DNA of 36,499 nucleotides from Nemertoderma westbladi (lineage: Eukaryota > Animalia > Xenacoelomorpha), in the NCBI GenBank assembly GCA_032718475.1, contig JAUCBJ010004650.1, positions 1-36,499 on the forward strand. The letters run 5' to 3'. The position numbers and the translations under genes were made by a program. Below, piece by piece: positions 21,001-36,000 of the stretch. Under the pieces are notes generated by a model. That model worked only from the letters and a program-made list of their open reading frames with translations. It was not told the origin of the DNA and did no database searches. The first letter of the stretch is position 1; the number at the start of each line of letters is the position of its first letter.

Positions 21001-24000
21001 ACTCTAGGAGGTGGGACACTGAATAACTAGAGGGTTACTCACTGCTAGGAGGTGGAACACTGAATAACTAGAGGGTTGCTCACTGCTTGGAGGTGGAACA
21101 CTGAATAACTAGAGGGCTACTCACTGCTATGTAGGAGGTGGGACACTGAATAACTAGAGGGCTACTCACTGCTATGTTAGGAGGTGGGACACTGAATAAC
21201 TAGAGGGCTACTCACTGCTAGGAGGTGGAACAATGAATAACTAGAGGGCTACTCACTGCTTGGAGGTGGGACACTGAATAACTAGAGGGCTACTCACTGC
21301 TATGTTAGGAGGTGGGACACTGAATAACTAGAGGGCTACTCACTGCTATGTTAGGAGGTGGGACACTGAATAACTAGAGGGCTACTCACTGCTAGGAGGT
21401 GGAACACTGAATAACTAGAGGGCTACTCACTGCTTGGAGGTGGGACACTGAATAACTAGAGGGCTACTCACTGCTAGGAGGTGGGACACTGCTAGGAGGT
21501 GGAACACTGAATAACTAGAGGGTTACTCACTGCTAGGAGGTGGGACACTGAATAACTAGAGGGCTACTCACTGCTAGGAGGTGGAACACTGAATAACTAG
21601 AGGGTTACTCACTGCTAGGAGGTGGAACACTGAATAACTAGAGGGTTACTCACTGCTAGGAGGTGGAACACTGAATAACTAGAGGGCTACTCACTGCTAG
21701 GAGGTGGGACACTGAATAACTAGAGGGCTACTCACTGCTAGGAGGTGGAACACTGAATAACTAGAGGGTTACTCACTGCTAGGAGGTGGGACACTGAATA
21801 ACTAGAGGGCTACTCACTGCTTGGAGGTGGGACACTGAATAACTAGAGGGCTACTCACTGCTAGGAGGTGGGACACTGAATAACTAGAGGGCTACTCACT
21901 GCTTGGAGGTGGAACACTGAATAACTAGAGGGTTACTCACTGCTAGGAGGTGGAACACTGAATAACTAGAGGGTTACTCACTGCTAGGAGGTGGGACACT
22001 GAATAACTAGAGGGCTACTCACTGTTAGGAGGTGGAACACTGAATAACTAGAGGGTTACTCACTCTAGGAGGTGGGACACTGAATAACTAGATGGCTACT
22101 CACTGCTAGGAGGTGGGACACTGAATAACTAGAGGGTTACTCACTGCTAGGAGGTGGGACACTGAATAACTAGAGGGCTACTCACTGCTAGGAGGTGGGA
22201 CACTGAATAACTAGAGGGTTACTCACTGCTAGGAGGTGGGACACTGAATAACTAGATGGCTACTCACTGCTTGGAGGTGGGACACTGAATAACTAGAGGG
22301 CTACTCACTGCTTGGAGGTGGAACACTGAATAACTAGAGGGTTACTCACTGCTAGGAGGTGGGACACTGAATAACTAGAGGGCTACTCACTGCTTGGAGG
22401 TGGACCACTGAATAACTAGAGGGTTACTCACTGCTAGGAGGTAGAACACTGAATAACTAGAGGGTTACTCACTGCTAGGAGGTGGGACACTGAATAACTA
22501 GAGGGCTACTCACTGTTAGGAGGTGGAACACTGAATAACTAGAGGGTTACTCACTCTAGGAGGTGGGACACTGAATAACTAGATGGCTACTCACTGCTAG
22601 GAGGTGGGACACTGAATAACTAGAGGGTTACTCACTGCTAGGAGGTGGGACACTGAATAACTAGAGGGCTACTCACTGCTAGGAGGTGGGACACTGAATA
22701 ACTAGAGGGTTACTCACTGCTAGGAGGTGAAACACTGAATAACTAGAGGGTTACTCACTGCTAGGAGGTGGGACACTGAATAACTAGATGGCTACTCACT
22801 GCTTGGAGGTGGGACACTGAATAACTAGAGGGCTACTCACTGCTTGGAGGTGGAACACTGAATAACTAGAGGGTTGCTCACTGCTAGGAGGTGGGACACT
22901 GAATAACTAGAGGGCTACTCACTGCTTGGAGGTGGAACACTGAATAACTAGAGGGTTACTCACTGTTAGGAGGTGGAACACTGAATAACTAGAGGGTTAC
23001 TCACTGCTAGGAGGTGGGACACTGAATAACTAGAGGGTTACTCACTGCTAGGAGGTGGGACACTGAATAACTAGAGGGTTACTCACTCTAGGAGGTGGGC
23101 CACTGAATAACTAGAGGGCTACTCACTGTTAGGAGGTGGAACACTGAATAACTAGAGGGTTACTCACTCTAGGAGGTGGGACACTGAATAACTAGAGGGC
23201 TACTCACTGCTATGTTAGGAGGTGGGACACTGAATAACTAGAGGGCTACTCACTGCTATGTTAGGAGGTGGGACACTGAATAACTAGAGGGCTACTCACT
23301 GCTAGGAGGTGGAACACTGAATAACTAGAGGGCTACTCACTGCTTGGAGGTGGGACACTGAATAACTAGAGGGCTACTCACTGCTATGTTAGGAGGTGGG
23401 ACACTGAATAACTAGAGGGCTACTCACTGCTATGTTAGGAGGTGGGACACTGAATAACTAGAGGGCTACTCACTGCTAGGAGGTGGAACACTGAATAACT
23501 AGAGGGCTACTCACTGCTTGGAGGTGGGACACTGAATAACTAGAGGGCTACTCACTGCTAGGAGGTGGGACACTGCTAGGAGGTGGAACACTGAATAACT
23601 AGAGGGTTACTCACTGCTAGGAGGTGGGACACTGAATAACTAGAGGGCTACTCACTGCTAGGAGGTGGAACACTGAATAACTAGAGGGTTACTCACTGCT
23701 AGGAGGTGGAACACTGAATAACTAGAGGGTTACTCACTGCTAGGAGGTGGAACACTGAATAACTAGAGGGCTACTCACTGCTAGGAGGTGGGACACTGAA
23801 TAACTAGAGGGCTACTCACTGCTAGGAGGTGGAACACTGAATAACTAGAGGGTTACTCACTGCTAGGAGGTGGGACACTGAATAACTAGAGGGCTACTCA
23901 CTGCTTGGAGGTGGGACACTGAATAACTAGAGGGCTACTCACTGCTAGGAGGTGGGACACTGAATAACTAGAGGGCTACTCACTGCTTGGAGGTGGAACA

Positions 24001-27000
24001 CTGAATAACTAGAGGGTTACTCACTGCTAGGAGGTGGAACACTGAATAACTAGAGGGTTACTCACTGCTAGGAGGTGGGACACTGAATAACTAGAGGGCT
24101 ACTCACTGTTAGGAGGTGGAACACTGAATAACTAGAGGGTTACTCACTCTAGGAGGTGGGACACTGAATAACTAGATGGCTACTCACTGCTAGGAGGTGG
24201 GACACTGAATAACTAGAGGGTTACTCACTGCTAGGAGGTGGGACACTGAATAACTAGAGGGCTACTCACTGCTAGGAGGTGGGACACTGAATAACTAGAG
24301 GGTTACTCACTGCTAGGAGGTGGGACACTGAATAACTAGATGGCTACTCACTGCTTGGAGGTGGGACACTGAATAACTAGAGGGCTACTCACTGCTTGGA
24401 GGTGGAACACTGAATAACTAGAGGGTTACTCACTGCTAGGAGGTGGGACACTGAATAACTAGAGGGCTACTCACTGCTTGGAGGTGGAACACTGAATAAC
24501 TAGAGGGTTACTCACTGCTAGGAGGTAGAACACTGAATAACTAGAGGGTTACTCACTGCTAGGAGGTGGGACACTGAATAACTAGAGGGCTACTCACTGT
24601 TAGGAGGTGGAACACTGAATAACTAGAGGGTTACTCACTCTAGGAGGTGGGACACTGAATAACTAGATGGCTACTCACTGCTAGGAGGTGGGACACTGAA
24701 TAACTAGAGGGTTACTCACTGCTAGGAGGTGGGACACTGAATAACTAGAGGGCTACTCACTGCTAGGAGGTGGGACACTGAATAACTAGAGGGTTACTCA
24801 CTGCTAGGAGGTGGAACACTGAATAACTAGAGGGTTACTCACTGCTAGGAGGTGGGACACTGAATAACTAGATGGCTACTCACTGCTTGGAGGTGGGACA
24901 CTGAATAACTAGAGGGCTACTCACTGTTTGGAGGTGGAACACTGAATAACTAGAGGGTTGCTCACTGCTAGGAGGTGGGACACTGAATAACTAGAGGGCT
25001 ACTCACTGCTTGGAGGTGGAACACTGAATAACTAGAGGGTTACTCACTGTTAGGAGGTGGAACACTGAATAACTAGAGGGTTACTCACTGCTAGGAGGTG
25101 GGACACTGAATAACTAGAGGGTTACTCACTGCTAGGAGGTGGGACACTGAATAACTAGAGGGTTACTCACTCTAGGAGGTGGGACACTGAATAACTAGAG
25201 GGCTACTCACTGTTAGGAGGTGGAACACTGAATAACTAGAGGGTTACTCACTCTAGGAGGTGGGACACTGAATAACTAGAGGGCTACTCACTGCTAGGAG
25301 GTGGGACACTGAATAACTAGAGGGTTACTCACTGCTAGGAGGTGGGACACTGAATAACTAGAGGGTTACTCACTCTAGGAGGTGGAACACTGAATAACTA
25401 GAGGGTTGCTCACTGCTAGGAGGTGGGACACTGAATAACTAGAGGGTTACTCACTCTAGGAGGTGGAACACTGAATAACTAGAGGGTTGCTCACTGCTAG
25501 CAGGTGGGACACTGAATAACTAGAGGGCTACTCACTGCTAGGAGGTGGGACACTGAATAACTAGAGGGTTACTCACTGCTAGGAGGTGGGACACTGAATA
25601 ACTAGAGGGTTACTCACTCTAGGAGGTGGAACACTGAATAACTAGAGGGTTACTCACTGCTAGGAGGTGGGCACTGAATAACTAGAGGGCTACTCACTGC
25701 TTGGAGGTGGAACACTGAATAACTAGAGGGTTACTCACTGCTAGGAGGTGGAACACTGAATAACTAGAGGGTTACTCACTCTAGGAGGTGGAACACTGAA
25801 TAACTAGAGGGCTACTCACTGCTAGGAGGTGGGACACTGAATAACTAGAGGGTTACTCACTGCTAGGAGGTGGGACACTGAATAACTAGAGGGTTACTCA
25901 CTCTAGGAGGTGGAACACTGAATAACTAGAGGGTTGCTCACTGCTTGGAGGTGGAACACTGAATAACTAGAGGGCTACTCACTGCTATGTTAGGAGGTGG
26001 GACACTGAATAACTAGAGGGCTACTCACTGCTATGTTAGGAGGTGGGACACTGAATAACTAGAGGGCTACTCACTGCTAGGAGGTGGAACACTGAATAAC
26101 TAGAGGGCTACTCACTGCTTGGAGGTGGGACACTGAATAACTAGAGGGCTACTCACTGCTATGTTAGGAGGTGGGACACTGAATAACTAGAGGGCTACTC
26201 ACTGCTATGTTAGGAGGTGGGACACTGAATAACTAGAGGGCTACTCACTGCTAGGAGGTGGAACACTGAATAACTAGAGGGCTACTCACTGCTTGGAGGT
26301 GGGACACTGAATAACTAGAGGGCTACTCACTGCTAGGAGGTGGGACACTGCTAGGAGGTGGGACACTGAATAACTAGAGGGCTACTCACTGCTAGGAGGT
26401 GGAACACTGAATAACTAGAGGGTTACTCACTGCTAGGAGGTGGAACACTGAATAACTAGAGGGTTACTCACTGCTAGGAGGTGGAACACTGAATAACTAG
26501 AGGGCTACTCACTGCTAGGAGGTGGGACACTGAATAACTAGAGGGCTACTCACTGCTAGGAGGTGGAACACTGAATAACTAGAGGGTTACTCACTGCTAG
26601 GAGGTGGGACACTGAATAACTAGACGGCTACTCACTGCTTGGAGGTGGGACACTGAATAACTAGAGGGCTACTCACTGCTAGGAGGTGGGACACTGAATA
26701 ACTAGAGGGCTACTCACTGCTAGGAGGTGGAACACTGAATAACTAGAGGGCTACTCACTGCTTGGAGGTGGGACACTGAATAACTAGAGGGCTACTCACT
26801 GCTAGGAGGTGGAACACTGAATAACTAGAGGGCTACTCACTGCTAGGAGGTGGGACACTGAATAACTAGAGGGTTACTCACTGCTAGGAGGTGGAACACT
26901 GAATAACTAGAGGGCTACTCACTGCTTGGAGGTGGGACACTGAATAACTAGAGGGCTACTCACTGCTAGGAGGTGGGACACTGAATAACTAGTGGGCTAC

Positions 27001-30000
27001 TCACTGCTAGGAGGTGGAACACTGAATAACTAGAGGGTTACTCACTGCTAGGAGGTGGGACACTGAATAACTAGAGGGCTACTCACTGCTTGGAGGTGGG
27101 ACACTGAATAACTAGAGGGCTACTCACGCTACTCACTGCTAGGAGGTGGAACACTGAATAACTAGAGGGCTACTCACTGCTTGGAGGTGGGACACTGAAT
27201 AACTAGAGGGCTACTCACTGCTTGGAGGTGGGACACTGAATAACTAGAGGGCTACTCACTGCTAGGAGGTGGGACACTGAATAACTAGAGGGCTACTCAC
27301 TGCTAGGAGGTGGAACACTGAATAACTAGAGGGCTACTCACTGCTTGGAGTTGGGACACTGAATAACTAGAGGGCTACTCACTGCTAGGAGGTGGAACAC
27401 TGAATAACTAGAGGGCTACTCACTGCTTGGAGGTGGGACACTGAATAACTAGAGGGCTACTCACTGCTAGGAGGTGGAACACTGAATAACTAGAGGGCTA
27501 CTCACTGCTAGGAGGTGGGACACTGAATAACTAGAGGGTTACTCACTGCTAGGAGGTGGAACACTGAACAACTAGAGGGTTACTCACTGCTAGGAGGTGG
27601 AACACTGAATAACTAGAGGGTTACTCACTGCTAGGAGGTGGAACACTGAATAACTAGAGGGTTACTCACTGCTAGGAGGTGGAACACTGAATAACTAGAG
27701 GGTTACTCACTGCTAGGAGGTGGGACACTGAATAACTAGAGGGCTACTCACTCTAGGAGGTGGGACACTGAATAACTAGAGGGCTACTCACTGTTAGGAG
27801 GTGGAACACTGAATAACTAGAGGGTTACTCACTCTAGGAGGTGGGACACTGAATAACTAGAGGGCTACTCACTGCTAGGAGGTGGGACACTGAATAACTA
27901 GAGGGTTACTCACTGCTAGGAGGTGGGACACTGAATAACTAGAGGGTTACTCACTCTAGGAGGTGGAACACTGAATAACTAGAGGGTTGCTCACTGCTAG
28001 GAGGTGGGACACTGAATAACTAGAGGGTTACTCACTCTAGGAGGTGGAACACTGAATAACTAGAGGGTTGCTCACTGCTAGGAGGTGGGACACTGAATAA
28101 CTAGAGGGTTACTCACTGCTAGGAGGTGGAACACTGAATAACTAGAGGGTTACTCACTCTAGGAGGTGGAACACTGAATAACTAAAGGGCTACTCACTGC
28201 TAGGAGGTGGGACACTGAATAACTAGAGGGTTACTCACTGCTAGGAGGTGGGACACTGAATAACTAGAGGGTTACTCACTCTAGGAGGTGGAACACTGAA
28301 TAACTAGAGGGTTGCTCACTGCTTGGAGGTGGAACACTGAATAACTAGAGGGCTACTCACTGCTATGTTAGGAGGTGGGACACTGAATAACTAGAGGGAT
28401 ACGCACTGCTATGTTAGGAGGTGGGACACTGAATAACTAGAGGGCTACTCACTGCTAGGAGGTGGAACACTGAATAACTAGAGGGCTACTCACTGCTTGG
28501 ATGTGGGACACTGAATAACTAGAGGGCTACTCACTGCTATGTTAGGAGGTGGGACACTGAATAACTAGAGGGCTACTCACTGCTATGTTAGGAGGTGGGA
28601 CACTGAATAACTAGAGGGCTACTCACTGCTAGGAGGTGGAACACTGAATAACTAGAGGGCTACTCACTGCTTGGAGGTGGGACACTGAATAACTAGAGGG
28701 CTACTCACTGCTAGGAGGTGGGACACTGAATAACTAGAGGGTTACTCACTGCTAGGAGGTGGAATACTGAATAACTAGAGGGTTACTCACTGCTAGGAGG
28801 TGGGACACTGAATAACTAGAGGGCTACTCACTGCTAGGAGGTGGAACACTGAATAACTAGAGGGTTACTCACTGCTAGGAGGTGGAACACTGAATAACTA
28901 GAGGGTTACTCACTGCTAGGAGGTGGAACACTGAATAACTAGAGGGCTACTCACTGCTAGGAGGTGGGACACTGAATAACTAGAGGGCTACTCACTGCTA
29001 GGAGGTGGAACACTGAATAACTAGAGGGTTACTCACTGCTAGGAGGTGGGACACTGAATAACTAGAGGGCTACTCACTGCTTGGAGGTGGGACACTGAAT
29101 AACTAGAGGGTTACTCACTGCTAGGAGGTGGGACACTGAATAACTAGAGGGCTACTCACTGCTAGGAGGTGGAACACTGAATAACTAGAGGGCTACTCAC
29201 TGCTTGGAGGTGGGACACTGAATAACTAGAGGGCTACTCACTGCTAGGAGGTGGGACACTGAATAACTAGAGGGCTACTCACTGCTAGGAGGTGGAACAC
29301 TGAATAACTAGAGGGCTACTCACTGCTTGGAGTTGGGACACTGAATAACTAGAGGGCTACTCACTGCTAGGAGGTGGAACACTGAATAACTAGAGGGCTA
29401 CTCACTGCTTGGAGGTGGGACACTGAATAACTAGAGGGCTACTCACTGCTAGGAGGTGGAACACTGAATAACTAGAGGGCTACTCACTGCTAGGAGGTGG
29501 GACACTGAATAACTAGAGGGTTACTCACTGCTAGGAGGTGGAACACTGAACAACTAGAGGGTTACTCACTGCTAGGAGGTGGAACACTGAATAACTAGAG
29601 GGTTACTCACTGCTAGGAGGTGGAACACTGAATAACTAGAGGGTTACTCACTGCTAGGAGGTGGAACACTGAATAACTAGAGGGTTACTCACTGCTAGGA
29701 GGTGGGACACTGAATAACTAGAGGGCTACTCACTCTAGGAGGTGGGACACTGAATAACTAGAGGGCTACTCACTGTTAGGAGGTGGAACACTGAATAACT
29801 AGAGGGTTACTCACTCTAGGAGGTGGGACACTGAATAACTAGAGGGCTACTCACTGCTAGGAGGTGGGACACTGAATAACTAGAGGGTTACTCACTGCTA
29901 GGAGGTGGGACACTGAATAACTAGAGGGTTACTCACTCTAGGAGGTGGAACACTGAATAACTAGAGGGTTGCTCACTGCTAGGGGGTGGGACACTGAATA

Positions 30001-33000
30001 ACTAGAGGGTTACTCACTCTAGGAGGTGGAACACTGAATAACTAGAGGGTTGCTCACTGCTAGGAGGTGGGACACTGAATAACTAGAGGGTTACTCACTG
30101 CTAGGAGGTGGAACACTGAATAACTAGAGGGTTACTCACTCTAGGAGGTGGAACACTGAATAACTAAAGGGCTACTCACTGCTAGGAGGTGGGACACTGA
30201 ATAACTAGAGGGTTACTCACTCTAGGAGGTGGAACACTGAATAACTAGAGGGTTGCTCACTGCTTGGAGGTGGAACACTGAATAACTAGAGGGCTACTCA
30301 CTGCTATGTTAGGAGGTGGGACACTGAATAACTAGAGGGCTACTCACTGCTATGTTAGGAGGTGGGACACTGAATAACTAGAGGGCTACTCACTGCTAGG
30401 AGGTGGAACACTGAATAACTAGAGGGCTACTCACTGCTTGGATGTGGGACACTGAATAACTAGAGGGCTACTCACTGCTATGTTAGGAGGTGGGACACTG
30501 AATAACTAGAGGGCTACTCACTGCTATGTTAGGAGGTGGGACACTGAATAACTAGAGGGCTACTCACTGCTAGGAGGTGGAACACTGAATAACTAGAGGG
30601 CTACTCACTGCTTGGAGGTGGGACACTGAATAACTAGAGGGCTACTCACTGCTAGGAGGTGGGACACCGAATAACTAGAGGGTTACTCACTGCTAGGAGG
30701 TGGAATACTGAATAACTAGAGGGTTACTCACCGCTAGGAGGTGGGACACTGAATAACTAGAGGGCTACTCACTGCTAGGAGGTGGAACACTGAATAACTA
30801 GAGGGTTACTCACTGCTAGGAGGTGGAACACTGAATAACTAGAGGGTTACTCACTGCTAGGAGGTGGAACACTGAATAACTAGAGGGCTACTCACTGCTA
30901 GGAGGTGGGACACTGAATAACTAGAGGGCTACTCACTGCTAGGAGGTGGAACACTGAATAACTAGAGGGTTACTCACTGCTAGGAGGTGGGACACTGAAT
31001 AACTAGAGGGCTACTCACTGCTTGGAGGTGGGACACTGAATAACTAGAGGGCTACTCACTGCTAGGAGGTGGGACACTGAATAACTAGAGGGCTACTCAC
31101 TGCTAGGAGGTGGAACACTGAATAACTAGAGGGCTACTCACTGCTTGGAGGTGGGACACTGAATAACTAGAGGGCTACTCACTGCTAGGAGGTGGAACAC
31201 TGAATAACTAGAGGGCTACTCACTGCTAGGAGGTGGGACACTGAATAACTAGAGGGTTACTCACTGCTAGGAGGTGGAACACTGAATAACTAGAGGGCTA
31301 CTCACTGCTTGGAGGTGGGACACTGAATAACTAGAGGGCTACTCACTGCTAGGAGGTGGGACACTGAATAACTAGAGGGCTACTCACTGCTAGGAGGTGG
31401 AACACTGAATAACTAGAGGGTTACTCACTGCTAGGAGGTGGGACACTGAATAACTAGACGGCTACTCACTGCTTGGAGGTGGGACACTGAATAACTAGAG
31501 GGTTACTCACTGCTAGGAGGTGGGACACTGAATAACTAGAGGGCTACTCACTCTAGGAGGTGGAACACTGAATAACTAGAGGGCTACTCACTGCTTGGAG
31601 GTGGGACACTGAATAACTAGAGGGCTACTCACTGCTTGGAGGTGGGACACTGAATAACTAGAGGGCTACTCACTGCTAGGAGGTGGGACACTGAATAACT
31701 AGAGGGCTACTCACTGCTAGGAGGTGGAACACTGAATAACTAGAGGGCTACTCACTGCTTGGAGGTGGGACACTGAATAACTAGAGGGCTACTCACTGCT
31801 AGGAGGTGGAACACTGAATAACTAGAGGGCTACTCACTGCTAGGAGGTGGGACACTGAATAACTAGAGGGCTACTCACTGCTAGGAGGTGGAACACTGAA
31901 TAACTAGAGGGCTACTCACTGCTAGGAGGTGGGACACTGAATAACTAGAGGGTTACTCACTGCTAGGAGGTGGAACACTGAATAACTAGAGGGTTACTCA
32001 CTGCTAGGAGGTGGAACACTGAATAACTAGAGGGCTACTCACTGCTAGGAGGTGGAACACTGAATAACTAGAGGGCTACTCACTGCTAGGAGGTGGAACA
32101 CTGAATAACTAGAGGGTTACTCACTGCTAGGAGGTGGAACACTGAATAACTAGAGGGTTACTCACTGCTAGGAGGTGGAACACTGAATAACTAGAGGGCT
32201 ACTCACTGCTAGGAGGTGGGACACTGAATAACTAGAGGGCTACTCACTGCTAGGAGGTGGGACACTGAATAACTAGAGGGCTACTCACTGCTAGGAGGTG
32301 GGACACTGAATAACTAGAGGGTTACTCACTGCTAGGAGGTGGAACACTGAATAACTAGAGGGTTACTCACTGCTAGGAGGTGGAACACTGAATAACTAGA
32401 GGGTTACTCACTGCTAGGAGGTGGGACACTGAATAACTAGAGGGCTACTCACTGCTAGGAGGTGGGACACTGAATAACTAGAGGGCTACTCACTGCTAGG
32501 AGGTGGGACACTGAATAACTAGAGGGCTACTCACTGCTAGGAGGTGGGACACTGAATAACTAGAGGGCTACTCACTGCTAGGAGGTGGGACACTGAATAA
32601 CTAGAGGGCTACTCACTGCTAGGAGGTGGGACACTGAATAACTAGAGGGCTACTCACTGCTAGGAGGTGGAACACTGAATAACTAGAGGGTTACTCACTG
32701 CTAGGAGGTGGAACACTGAATAACTAGAGGGCTACTCACTGCTAGGAGGTGGAACACTGAATAACTAGAGGGCTACTCACTCTAGGAGGTGGGACACTGA
32801 ATAACTAGAGGGCTACTCACTGCTAGGAGGTGGGACACTGAATAACTAGAGGGTTACTCACTGCTAGGAGGTGGGACACTGAATAACTAGAGGGCTACTC
32901 ACTGCTAGGAGGTGGAACACTGAATAACTAGAGGGCTACTCACTGCTAGGAGGTGGGACACTGAATAACTAGAGGGTTACTCACTGCTAGGAGGTGGGAC

Positions 33001-36000
33001 ACTGAATAACTAGAGGGCTACTCACTGCTAGGAGGTGGGACACTGAATAACTAGAGGGTTACTCACTGCTAGGAGGTGGAACACTGAATAACTAGAGGGC
33101 TACTCACTGCTAGGAGGTGGGACACTGAATAACTAGAGGGCTACTCACTGCTAGGAGGTGGGACACTGAATAACTAGAGGGTTACTCACTGCTAGGAGGT
33201 GGGACACTGAATAACTAGAGGGCTACTCACTGCTAGGAGGTGGAACACTGAATAACTAGAGGGTTACTCACTGCTAGGAGGTGGAACACTGAATAACTAG
33301 AGGGCTACTCACTGCTAGGAGGTGGAACACTGAATAACTAGAGGGCTACTCACTGCTAGGAGGTGGGACACTGAATAACTAGAGGGTTACTCACTGCTAG
33401 GAGGTGGGACACTGAATAACTAGAGGGTTACTCACTGCTAGGAGGTGGGACACTGAATAACTAGAGGGCTACTCACTGCTAGGAGGTGGAACACTGAATA
33501 ACTAGAGGGCTACTCACTGCTAGGAGGTGGGACACTGAATAACTAGAGGGTTACTCACTGCTAGGAGGTGGGACACTGAATAACTAGAGGGCTACTCACT
33601 GCTAGGAGGTGGGACACTGAATAACTAGAGGGTTACTCACTGCTAGGAGGTGGGACACTGAATAACTAGAGGGCTACTCACTGCTAGGAGGTGGGACACT
33701 GAATAACTAGAGGGCTACTCACTGCTAGGAGGTGGAACACTGAATAACTAGAGGGCTACTCACTGCTAGGAGGTGGGACACTGAATAACTAGAGGGCTAC
33801 TCACTGCTAGGAGGTGGGACACTGAATAACTAGAGGGTTACTCACTGCTAGGAGGTGGGACACTGAATAACTAGAGGGTTACTCACTGCTAGGAGGTGGG
33901 ACACTGAATAACTAGAGGGCTACTCACTGCTAGGAGGTGGGACACTGAATAACTAGAGGGTTACTCACTGCTAGGAGGTGGGACACTGAATAACTAGAGG
34001 GCTACTCACTGCTAGGAGGTGGAACACTGAATAACTAGAGGGCTACTCACTGCTAGGAGGTGGGACACTGAATAACTAGAGGGCTACTCACTGCTAGGAG
34101 GTGGGACACTGAATAACTAGAGGGTTACTCACTGCTAGGAGGTGGGACACTGAATAACTAGAGGGCTACTCACTGCTAGGAGGTGGGACACTGAATAACT
34201 AGAGGGCTACTCACTGCTAGGAGGTGGGACACTGAATAACTAGAGGGCTACTCACTGCTAGGAGGTGGAACACTGAATAACTAGAGGGCTACTCACTGCT
34301 AGGAGGTGGGACACTGAATAACTAGAGGGTTACTCACTGCTAGGAGGTGGAACACTGAATAACTAGAGGGTTACTCACTGCTAGGAGGTGGAACACTGAA
34401 TAACTAGAGGGTTACTCACTGCTAGGAGGTGGAACACTGAATAACTAGAGGGTTACTCACTGCTAGGAGGTGGAACACTGAATAACTAGAGGGTTACTCA
34501 CTGCTAGGAGGTGGAACACTGAATAACTAGAGGGCTACTCACTCTAGGAGGTGGGACACTGAATAACTAGAGGGCTACTCACTGCTAGGAGGTGGAACAC
34601 TGAATAACTAGAGGGTTACTCACTGCTAGGAGGTGGGACACTGAATAACTAGAGGGCTACTCACTGCTAGGAGGTGGGACACTGAATAACTAGAGGGTTA
34701 CTCACTGCTAGGAGGTGGGACACTGAATAACTAGAGGGTTACTCACTGCTAGGAGGTGGAACACTGAATAACTAGAGGGCTACTCACTGCTAGGAGGTGG
34801 GACACTGAATAACTAGAGGGTTACTCACTGCTAGGAGGTGGGACACTGAATAACTAGAGGGCTACTCACTGCTAGGAGGTGGGACACTGAATAACTAGAG
34901 GGCTACTCACTGCTAGGAGGTGGGACACTGAATAACTAGAGGGTTACTCACTGCTAGGAGGTGGGACACTGAATAACTAGAGGGCTACTCACTGCTAGGA
35001 GGTGGGACACTGAATAACTAGAGGGTTACTCACTGCTAGGAGGTGGAACACTGAATAACTAGAGGGTTACTCACTGCTAGGAGGTGGAACACTGAATAAC
35101 TAGAGGGCTACTCACTGCTAGGAGGTGGGACACTGAATAACTAGAGGGCTACTCACTGCTAGGAGGTGGGACACTGAATAACTAGAGGGCTACTCACTGC
35201 TAGGAGGTGGAACACTGAATAACTAGAGGGCTACTCACTGCTTGGAGGTGGGACACTGAATAACTAGAGGGCTACTCACTGCTAGGAGGTGGGACACTGA
35301 ATAACTAGAGGGCTACTCACTGCTTAGGAGGTGGGACACTGAATAACTAGAGGGCTACTCACTGCTAGGAGGTGGAACACTGAATAACTAGAGGGCTACT
35401 CACTGCTAGGAGGTGGGACACTGAATAACTAGAGGGCTACTCACTGCTAGGAGGTGGGACACTGAATAACTAGAGGGCTACTCACTGCTAGGAGGTGGGA
35501 CACTGAATAACTAGAGGGTTACTCACTGCTAGGAGGTGGGACACTGAATAACTAGAGGGCTACTCACTGCTAGGAGGTGGGACACTGAATAACTAGAGGG
35601 CTACTCACTGCTAGGAGGTGGGACACTGAATAACTAGAGGGTTACTCACTGCTAGGAGGTGGGACACTGAATAACTAGAGGGCTACTCACTGCTAGGAGG
35701 TGGGACACTGAATAACTAGAGGGCTACTCACTGCTAGGAGGTGGGACACTGAATAACTAGAGGGTTACTCACTGCTAGGAGGTGGGACACTGAATAACTA
35801 GAGGGCTACTCACTGCTAGGAGGTGGGACACTGAATAACTAGAGGGCTACTCACTGCTAGGAGGTGGGACACTGAATAACTAGAGGGCTACTCACTGCTA
35901 GGAGGTGGGACACTGAATAACTAGAGGGCTACTCACTGCTAGGAGGTGGGACACTGAATAACTAGAGGGCTACTCACTGCTAGGAGGTGGGACACTGAAT

